From Fonticula alba ATCC 38817 (lineage: Eukaryota; Protista; Nucleariida): a DNA stretch of 9,664 bases. The notes under the pieces were generated by a model. That model worked only from the letters and a program-made list of their open reading frames with translations, searched no databases and had not been told where the DNA came from. Made by a program: the position numbers and the translations under genes. Below, in pieces: positions 1 through 7,179 of this stretch (the stretch's first letter is position 1; each line of letters starts with the position of its first letter). The stretch is taken from NCBI GenBank assembly GCA_000388065.2, contig KB932207.1; one strand, given 5' to 3'.

Positions 1-32
<32 letters not shown>

Positions 33-92
33 CATAAACGCACGAGCCCGCAGACGCACAACGATCACACAAGCTTACGCACCTGGACACAC

Positions 93-123
<31 letters not shown>
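1..123. repeat. C31 homopolymer (1-31, truncated by the window edge) and imperfect (AC)n microsatellite (87-123)
   Basis: Read directly from the sequence upstream of the RsfS-family gene. Confidence 0.95.
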
Positions 124-185
124 GGCACACAGGCACATCCTTCGCCTCCCTCTTTTTTCCCGTCCCTTTCTCCGCCCGCCCACCA

Positions 186-1361
186 ATGGCCAGTCTCTTT
201 TCGCTGGGCCTCGCTCGACCGGCTCTCGCCCGGCTGGGACCCCCGACGGGGCTCAGTGCCACCACGGCCGCCCTCTGCAAGTACCCGCCCCGGGCGGCCT
301 ACTCCACCGATTCATCGGACTCGCCCGGGGGCAAGGCCCGCGGGCGGCGCACGCGCCCGGCACCCCCCACCTCGCAGGCGGCCCTCCTCCCCCGGGCCCA
401 GCCGGCGCACGACCGCATGCTCCGGCTGCACGAGCGCCACGGGCGCATCCAGCGCACGGAGCTCGAGCGCCTGGTGACCGAGGCATCGGAGCGCGCCGCG
501 CAGCAGATGGCCGACGCCGCGTCCGAGGCCATCCGCGAGGAGGAGCGCCGGAGCCAGCAGCTCGCGCACGATGCCGTGGCCGCGGCCCTGGCTGAGGCGG
601 AGCTGGAGGCCGCCCGCGCGCGGCTCCGCGCCGCCGCCACCGCCGCCACCCAGCAGCAGCAGCAGCAGCACGGCGCCCCCGTTCCCGAGGGGGGACCAGC
701 GCCGGAGGCCGGGGCCATGGTGGCCCCGCAGCCGGCCACGCGCGCGCGCGTCCCCCTCTGGCTGTCCTCGGCCAAGAACAGCCTCAATGAGCGGACCCAC
801 TTCGTGCCGGCCACCTTCGACCCGGCGGCCGGCGACCACCGCCACCACCTCCCGCAGTACAACTCCGACGGGGTGCTCAATCCGCGCGGCCTGCCGGACG
901 GCTATATCCCCACCTTGCAGGAGCTTGTGGACCTGCTGCGCTTCGAGGGCGGCCAGGATGTGGTGGTCCTCGACACGACGTGGCGCGCCAGCAGCCTGCA
1001 CCATCTGATCGTGGCCACCGGCCAGTCGCCGCGGCACTTGCGGTCGCTCGCCGAGGCCGCGTCCCAGGCGCTGCGCTACAGCCACGGCCGCTACCGGGCC
1101 ACCCACTCGGTGAGCCTGGATGAGGATGCCGGGCCGGGGGCCGGGCCGCGGCTGGTCCGCGATCCGCCCCCTCCGGCCCCGATCGAGGGCAAGCCGGCCG
1201 ACGGGTGGATGACCGTCGACACCGGGGCCCTCATGCTGAGCTTCATGTCGCCCTCCTACCGGCAGTACTACGACCTGGAAACCCTCTGGACCGGCATGGA
1301 TGTTGACGACTGGGTGCCGGAGTTCCGCCAGCGCAGCCTGGAGGACGGCCCGGCGGAGTAG
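186..1361 (+). CDS. rsfS: Mitochondrial ribosome silencing factor RsfS/Iojap family protein (MALSU1/Atp25-Rsf-like), 391 aa, single exon
   Basis: Continuous ORF with good start context (caccaATGG) and no intronic homopolymer or CA tracts inside. N-terminus MASLFSLGLARPALARLG... is Arg/Leu/Ser/Ala-rich and acid-free, like a mitochondrial presequence. Residues ~243-368 (nt 912-1289) show RsfS hallmarks: LQELVDLLRFEGGQDVVVLD, HHLIVATGQSPRHLRSLAE, IEG...GWMTVDTG, RQYYDLETLW. Family recognised from memory, not by search. Confidence 0.85.
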   Translation: MASLFSLGLARPALARLGPPTGLSATTAALCKYPPRAAYSTDSSDSPGGKARGRRTRPAPPTSQAALLPRAQPAHDRMLRLHERHGRIQRTELERLVTEASERAAQQMADAASEAIREEERRSQQLAHDAVAAALAEAELEAARARLRAAATAATQQQQQQHGAPVPEGGPAPEAGAMVAPQPATRARVPLWLSSAKNSLNERTHFVPATFDPAAGDHRHHLPQYNSDGVLNPRGLPDGYIPTLQELVDLLRFEGGQDVVVLDTTWRASSLHHLIVATGQSPRHLRSLAEAASQALRYSHGRYRATHSVSLDEDAGPGAGPRLVRDPPPPAPIEGKPADGWMTVDTGALMLSFMSPSYRQYYDLETLWTGMDVDDWVPEFRQRSLEDGPAE

Positions 1362-1436
1362 GCGCCCTGGGGAGGGCGGCGACTGCGCGGGGCGCGCGTG
1401 CAGACACACGCATACACACGCCTCTGTTTGCTTGTA

Positions 1437-1452
1437 TGTGTGTGTGTGTGTG
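1437..1452. repeat. (TG)8 microsatellite
   Basis: Read directly; lies 3' of the RsfS-family stop codon. Confidence 0.95.
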
Positions 1453-1800
1453 CGTGTCCTGCGCTGCAGACGTGTACCCCCCTGTTCGAATGCTCTCCGC
1501 GCGCCGTGCCCCCGGCGAAGAGGGGCCGCTCCCTGTTTGCTCTTCTTTTTTTTCTTTTTCTTTTTTCCCCCTTTTCCCTCCAGAGAGACCGTGCAGCGCA
1601 CAATATAGATAATCTGGGCGAAATCCGTGCTGTTGGCTCCCTCATTGGACCTTCCCCTTTTTTTTTCCCTCCCCAGCGGCCCCTCCGCGCGGTTGCCGCG
1701 ATGGTGTTCGCCCATGCGCGCACACGCGCACATCCCCGCTGCCCTCCGGCCCCCCTCCACAGACCACCCTGCTCATCTGGCCTCGGCCCATCTGTGCGCG

Positions 1801-1834
1801 CACACACACACACACACACACATGTGTGTGTGTG
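1801..1834. repeat. (CA)11(TG)6 compound microsatellite containing a perfect 24-bp palindrome (1811-1834)
   Basis: Read directly. Confidence 0.95.
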
Positions 1835-1897
1835 CTCTCTTTCTCATATTCTAGTGTTGTATTCGGTCGGAGGAGAAGGGAGTGGGCCTGCCACGCA

Positions 1898-1919
1898 CGC
1901 GCGCGCGCGCGCGCGCGCG
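1898..1919. repeat. (CG)11 dinucleotide repeat
   Basis: Read directly. Confidence 0.95.
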
Positions 1920-2140
1920 ATACTTCGTCTGGGCTGGCGTGTGACACATGCATCACTGCATGACCAAAAGGAGGGAGCAGGGGAGCGGCGAGGAAAGGAC
2001 CCCAGCAAGAGGGGGATGCAAGGGGCCCGCTGGCTGGCCCGGGCACCTCCCCCGGGCCTTGCTCTCCCTCGTGGCATGCGCACATGCACACACAGACACC
2101 CTCCGAAAGGAAAAAAAAAAACATGCACCGGGCGCATGGA

Positions 2141-3428
2141 TTAGCCCTTCTGCGCGGCGAGGCGGACGATGGTCAGCTCGCGCATGCGGGCCAGAGCCTC
2201 GTTGACGCGCGCGTGCGGCACGCTGGTGTCGGTGACGCCCATGTCGTGGTCGCGCTCGAAGAAGCGCGTCAGCGGCTGCGTCGCCGTGGCGCACGAGTGG
2301 TAGTACGAGTACTGGGCCTTGGCCAGGGCCGAGAAGGACGGATCCAGGTAGGGAACGCGGGACTGCACAGTCCCCAGCCGCAGCCGGGGAGGCCACCATG
2401 GTCAGGTACCCGAGCAGAGGGGGCATGGAGGAAAGAGTGCGCAAGTGGAGGCAGAGAGAAAGGGGGGGGGGGCGCAAGGAAAAACACGCACGTCGATCAG
2501 GCGCGGCAGGTCCTCGACGAGCTCCTGGTTCAGGCGCTGGTACAGCTCCTTGGCGGCGTTGCAGTCGGCCTCGAGCCGGGGCAGGCGGGTGGCATCGGAG
2601 TCCGGCTTCTCGGCGGACCGGCGCACGCGCGCACGCAGCGAGTCATAATCCAGCATGGCGTTGCTGCGGTTCTTCATGTGGTCCTTCACCGAGGGGTAGA
2701 GGGAGATGAAACGCCCCAGCGGCTCGAGGAAGGTGGCGCGGATGCGCTGGTCGAAGTCCGCGCGAGCGCTCGTGTCGAGCTGGGTCTGCATCAGGGGAGG
2801 GGGGAGGGGGGGGGGGGGGAATGCCAAGAGTGGACGCACGGGTCAGAAGGCGGGATCCCGGTGACAGACGGCCACAGGGCCGGCGGGTGCGCCGTGCCGG
2901 CGCCCAGCCGAGGGAAGGCCTGGCCCGCCCGGGGCACGTACCATGGCATCGCGGAAGCGGATGCCACAAAGGGCCAGGGTGGCCTGCTCATCGTAGAAGG
3001 CGGTCATGGACTCGGCAATGCGCTGCTGCGCCAGGCTCATGGCGCGCAGGGCGTCCAGGTACTGCCGGGCCTCGGTCATCAACTTGTTGGTGTTCGACTC
3101 CAGCTGGAGGAACTGCGGACGGCGAAGCACACACACACACACACCGAGGAGCATGGCATCGCGGCGCGGGGCCAGGGGAACGGCGCAAGGGAGCGGTACA
3201 AAGGAGCGGCGCACGGGGAGTGGTCAGCGCAGGGGATGGCGTGGGGAAGGGGACACACGGGGGGCCGGGGAAGAGAAAAGGCGGGGGGGGGGGGGGGGGG
3301 GGGGAGACACGTACGCGGCGCTCCTCCTCGTCGTACTGACGATCGACGGTCTTGTCCACAGCACCGACCGACTGCAGCACGGCGGTCGACGCGCGGTTCA
3401 TGGTCCGCTTGAAGCCGGAGAACGACAT
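2141..3428 (-). CDS. RVS161: N-BAR-only amphiphysin-family protein (Rvs161/Hob3/BIN3), 266 aa; exons 3428-3315, 3112-2942, 2785-2492, 2362-2141
   Basis: Spliced product MSFSGFKRTMNRASTAVLQSVGAVDKTVDRQYDEEERR|FLQLESNTNKLMTEARQYLDALRAMSLAQQRIAE...DAM|TQLDTSARADFDQRIRATFLEPLGRF...LPRLID|SRVPYLDPSFSALAKAQ...LAAQKG* is colinear with yeast Rvs161 as recalled (DRDYEMEERRY, FLDSLRA, LPQLVSLRVPYFDPSF) and nearly the same length. Three phase-0 introns (202, 156, 129 nt) have donors GTACGT, GTACGT, GTGCGT and CAG acceptors. Confidence 0.92.
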
Positions 3429-3757
3429 GATGAAACGTGGTGTGTGGCGGGGTTGGACGTGGGATCGGGGGAGGGGAGAGGGAGAGAGGGAGAAAGGGCG
3501 GCGAGGAAGTGGAGGGAGGCCGGGAGGAGGGGAGGGAAGAGGCGCAGAGGGGGGAAGGGGGGAGGGGTACGTTGTGTCCTGGCGCTTTGCCAGCCACCAG
3601 GGCGCGGGAGACGGGTCTCTTTTTTTCCCGGGCCCCGCCCACGACTAAGGGCCGAGTAAATGAAGGCACGGAGATGGGCAATTAACTGAGCACTCAAAAC
3701 ACGGCAACCCGCCCTGCGGGGACGGAACTAGGGGAAGCAACTATGCAGGGGGGCCGA

Positions 3758-3792
3758 CGGCGGCGGCGGCGGCGGCAGCGGCGGCAGCGGCG
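3758..3792. repeat. Imperfect (CGG/CAG)n trinucleotide repeat
   Basis: cggcggcggcggcggcggcagcggcggcagcggcg, read directly. Confidence 0.9.
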
Positions 3793-3836
3793 AAGCCCAT
3801 ATCGCGTCCGGTCGTGGGGCGCGTCTGCCCCCCCCC

Positions 3837-3846
3837 NNNNNNNNNN
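3837..3846. other. Assembly gap (10 N)
   Basis: Run of 10 N between a C9 run and a G23 run. Confidence 0.99.
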
Positions 3847-3929
3847 GGGGGGGGGGGGGGGGGGGGGGGCGAGCAAAACACAACACAGCGACAGGGAGGC
3901 TGCTCGTTCATGGCAAGAAGCCCACGTAC

Positions 3930-4551
3930 CCCGCGGATGACGCGCGAAATGAGCTGCGAGGTGTCGGACTCGGAGGCCAGCGAGGCCCCGGCTGACCGGC
4001 GCGCCAGCTTGGTCGGGTCAATGGCCGAGGCATAGATGCTGACGCGGACCTGCTCCGGGGCCGTGGACTGCGGGTACCCGAAGTCCTGCACGCCGTGGAA
4101 GGGGGAGGGAGGGGGGGAGGAACAGGTCAGCGGACAGAGGGGCACCCCTCCCACCCCAAGGGCAAGGGCAGAGCAACCCCGGCAGGCCACGCCCTGGCCA
4201 GAGGCCAACATACAATGATCTCGTCCAGCAGCTCGTACACCAGCACGAAGTTGGCCTTGATGCTGTGCTCGCTCAGGATGCCGCAGTAGTCCTGGATGAG
4301 GAGACCAATGCGCCGGAGGATCTCAATGGCCCAGGCGGGGGAGATGTTGAAGCGCGATGTGATCACCAGGTACAGCCCGGAGATGCGGTGGTACACGAAG
4401 TGCGTGCCGTCCAGCGTGAGAGCCGGCGGCACCGAGGGGCTGGTGGCCAGCGACACGGACGCCCCCCCGGAGGCCGGGTCCTCGGACTTCGCGTGCGAGT
4501 GGATGTACCGGAAGAAGATGGCCGCACTGCTCTTGACGACATCACCCCGAT
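3930..4551 (-). CDS. AP4M1: AP-4 complex subunit mu, N-terminal (longin) part only; exons 4551-4214 and 4085-3930; lacks the first ~20 aa and has no continuation in place
   Basis: Translation (Y)RGDVVKSSAAIFFRYIH...LTLDGTHFVYHRISGLYLVITSRFNISPAWAIEILRRIGLLIQDYCGILSEHSIKANFVLVYELLDEII|DFGYPQSTAPEQVRVSIY...RVIRG matches the adaptin mu N-terminus. The SPxxxxExLxRIxxxIxDYxGxLxExSxxxNF pattern is closest to AP-4 mu as recalled. Acceptor ACTAACAG (phase 1), 128-nt phase-0 intron GTATGT..CAG, then donor GTACGT at 3929. Confidence 0.85.
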
Positions 4552-4587
4552 CTGTTAGTTTGGGGGGGGGGAGGAGGGGGGGGAGGA

Positions 4588-4597
4588 NNNNNNNNNN
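4588..4597. other. Assembly gap (10 N)
   Basis: Run of 10 N between a G-rich tract and a C8-TCCTCC tract. Confidence 0.99.
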
Positions 4598-4620
4598 CCC
4601 CCCCCTCCTCCGGCAGAATC

Positions 4621-5125
4621 ATGCTGGCCAACCGCATCGGTAACGCTCTCTACTACGGCGTCTTCCGCCGCAACTCGGTACGCGCGCTTGAGCTCCCCCC
4701 CCCCCCCTCGCCCCCCGCCCCGGGCTGCGCGGCAGCTTCCCCTGGCTCCCCCTCCCTCCCCCCTTCGCACACAGCGCGACTGACCTGGTGGCTGGCCGCT
4801 GGTCCTGGTGTGTCCCGGCCCCCGCTCCCTCGCCCCTCTCCCTGCTAGACCTTCCTCCTGGCTGTCTTCGCCTCCGCCTGGGTCTTCGAGTCTGTCTTCG
4901 ACAATGCCACCGCCTCTTTCATGAACCACTACAACAAGGGCGTGCGTTGCCTTTTCCCCGCCCCCATGCCTCCGGGTCGTCCGCCCCGCTGCTGTTGCTG
5001 ACCGCCACATGCCCTGCCCTGCCGTGGGAATGCCTCGCGCGCTCCTACCATCGGGGACCACCCCCTCCCCGCCGACACAGCGCACCCTCCAGGAGGTCCT
5101 CCCCTCCTTCGTCGAGCAGGAGTAA
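4621..5125 (+). CDS. QCR9: Cytochrome b-c1 complex subunit 9 (Qcr9/UQCR10), 64 aa; exons 4621-4677, 4849-4941, 5081-5125
   Basis: Spliced product MLANRIGNALYYGVFRRNS|TFLLAVFASAWVFESVFDNATASFMNHYNKG|RTLQEVLPSFVEQE* has the Qcr9 signature (LY..xFRRNS, one hydrophobic helix, FD..T, NKG) and the right size. Introns are 171 nt (GTACGC..TAG) and 139 nt (GTGCGT..CAG). The second intron contains no AG before the predicted acceptor and has a CTGAC branch-point-like motif. Confidence 0.88.
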
Positions 5126-5596
5126 GAGCCCCCTCAGGGCCTACCTCGCCTTCGCCCCGACCGCCCGGCAGGTTGTGTGCCTTCCCCCCCCCCCCCCTCC
5201 TTTCCTCCTGTCCCTCTTTTGCTTGCCACAGAGGACCCCCGGGCGGGTGGGGACCGGCCGGCCACCCTGTTGGCTTGCTGCCCTGCGGCTCTGGCACGCG
5301 CACACATGGCTGCCCTTCCCTTCCGTACATGGTGGTGGCCCTGCCTGTGCACTTTTCACACAGACACAATATATAGCCCATCTCATAGCAGGAGACACGC
5401 CCGCACACATGCGCGTGCAGAGCATCCCCCCCTGGAGCCGCACACGCACGTACACACACACACACACGCGCACTTGGCGTGGCCTGCCTGCCGCACTTCC
5501 AAGGCGCACCATCGAATGAACGAGACAGAGGGGGGTGTATTTTGCCGCACGCCGGCGAGGACGACGAGAAACAAAGGGCGAAGGGAGCAACATATA

Positions 5597-5618
5597 CACA
5601 CACACACACACACACACA
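5597..5618. repeat. (CA)11 microsatellite
   Basis: Read directly; lies between the convergent QCR9 and AP-4 mu 3' ends. Confidence 0.95.
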
Positions 5619-5660
5619 TGGGGTCGTCACTCTCGCCGAGGTGCGCCCGCGCGTGTGCGC

Positions 5661-6531
5661 CTAGATCCGGACGACATACGAGCTGGCGCGGGTGATGTTG
5701 CGGATCCAGGGCTTGATCTCGGTGTTGGTGTTGCTGTACGTGTGCCCCCGGCTGGGGACGGCGCTCAGCTTGCGGATGGAGAACCCGCTGGGCAGGTAGT
5801 CCGACACCTCGAAGCGCAGACTGGGGCCGCCGGACGGTCAAAGCCAGGAGGGGGGGGGGAGGAACGGGAACGCAGGGCGGCGAGTGGCGGTCAGAGAGCC
5901 ATCATCATGCTCAAGAGGCGGACAGGGGGGGGGGGGGGGGGGGAAGCACACGCTCGCGAGCGCCGGGACACGCGCGACACCGCGCGTACATACCTGATGG
6001 GCCCGATGGCCCGGCGGATGGCCGGGGTCGGAGCCTCCGACAGGGTGAGCTGGGAAAGCCGCGCAAACACACATGGGTGTTGGGTTTCGATGTGAGCATC
6101 ATCTATGCGTGGGTGCGCACGGGCGCACGCGCGCCGGGGCAGGGGGGGGGGGGGGGAGAGAGAGCACACGCACCTTCATCTTGATCTGGATCTCCGAGCC
6201 ACCCCGGAGGCGGCCGACATTCCACTCGATCATCGAGGGGGACTGGTGGTGGACCACCACCGGCCGGGACTGGGAGCTCTCGGAGAACTGCGACGACACG
6301 GAGCGCGTGCAAGCCGGCACTGGCAGCTGCACGCGGATGTCCTGGCCGACAAAGCGCTCGGGCAGATCCGACCGGAGGCGCATCGAGATTTCGAGCATGT
6401 TTCTGTGGCCCGGGGGACAGGCGAGAGGAGCGGGAGGAGAAGAAGAAGAAGAGGAAGGCGGAGAAGAAGAAGAGGAAGGCGGAGAAGAAGAAGAGGAAGG
6501 CGGAGAAGAAGAAGAGGAAGGCGGAGAAGAA

Positions 6532-6563
<32 letters not shown>

Positions 6564-7179
6564 AGAAGAAGAGAGGGAAAAGGAAAAGACAGAGAAAAAG
6601 AAAAAGAGAGGGAAAAAGAAAAAGAGAGAGAGGTTAGGGAGGAAAACACAACAAAACGGAGGCAGCCGGTGACAAGATGCGCGCGCACGGCGTCTGGGGA
6701 GTCTCAATGTGAGAGAAAACCGTGAACGGGATCGACCCACCGGCGAGGTAGCCATTCTCAGTGGGCCGGTTGTCGCAGATGCGATAGTTCATGAGAGACA
6801 GCTCGCCAGTCGGGACCTCCAGACAGAGCATGTTGTTCTCCTCGAAGGCCTCGACATCGATCAGGTCGTGGAAAACCGCGTCGTCAAGAACCACGGTGTC
6901 TGAGAAGCACAGGCGCCGGGGGAGGGGAGGGGGGGGGGAGGACGAAGGCCAGGCGACCGGGGGGGATCGGACCCAGCGCATATCCGGTCAGTGGGGCCGC
7001 CACACACGACACAGCAGGTGACCGGGCGAAAGGACCAACGGCGACGCACGCGGGGAGGGCACAACCGCACTTGACGATGACCGCAGGGTGATCGGCGCCA
7101 GGCTGATGGCCAGCTCGATGCCAACCATGTAGGACTTGACCGTGACAACACCGTCCAGCTCGTACCGCAGGAGGTCGCC
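5661..7179 (-). CDS. AP4M1: AP-4 complex subunit mu, C-terminal mu-homology domain part (~254 aa); exons 7179-7071, 6899-6689, 6402-6174, 6049-5994, 5820-5661
   Basis: Joined translation GDLLRYELDGVVTVKSYMVG...SSS(N)TVVLDDAVFHDLIDVEAFEENNMLCLEVPTGELSLMNYRI...IPFTVFSHIETPQT(P)NMLEISMRLRSDLPERFVGQDIRVQLPVP...IEWNVGRLRGGSEIQIKMK|LTLSEAPTPAIRRAIGPI(S)LRFEVSDYLPSGFSIRKL...KPWIRNITRASSYVVRI* follows AP-4 mu motif order. All four intron phases (1,2,0,2) reconcile with GTRYG donors and CAG acceptors. No start exon was found upstream. Confidence 0.87.
6432..6633 (+). repeat. Intronic polypurine tract: three perfect 21-bp units GGCGGAGAAGAAGAAGAGGAA (6457-6519), then (GAA)9GAG(GAA)5 and an A/G tail
   Basis: 202 nt with only 5 C and no T on the + strand. 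Lies inside the 286-nt AP-4 mu intron 6403-6688. Confidence 0.95.

Noticed and set aside
312-1760. 482-aa - strand ORF, plus other long antisense or alternate-frame ORFs over the genes (e.g. 2084-3412 +, 4788-5519 +)
   Set aside because: Shadow ORFs of real genes in stop-poor, GC-rich DNA. They read through microsatellites (THTHTH, VCVCVC, KKKK, GGGG) and carry no recognisable motif.
6457-6540. 21-bp direct repeats as a possible CRISPR array or mobile-element terminus
   Set aside because: Units are abutting with no spacers, low-complexity and derived from GAA; the context is a eukaryotic intron with no cas or transposase sequence.
6073-6672. Poly-Glu/Lys ORF (GGEEEEE repeats) on the + strand
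   Set aside because: Translation of the intronic purine repeat, antisense to a well-supported AP-4 mu intron.
2363-7070. Excess of phase-0 introns (7 of 10 complete introns)
   Set aside because: Phase 0 is the commonest phase in eukaryotes and the sample is too small.
186-7179. Apparent functional pairing (two mitochondrial genes, two membrane-trafficking genes)
   Set aside because: The genes alternate in strand and share no pathway beyond broad category; not evidence of a cluster.
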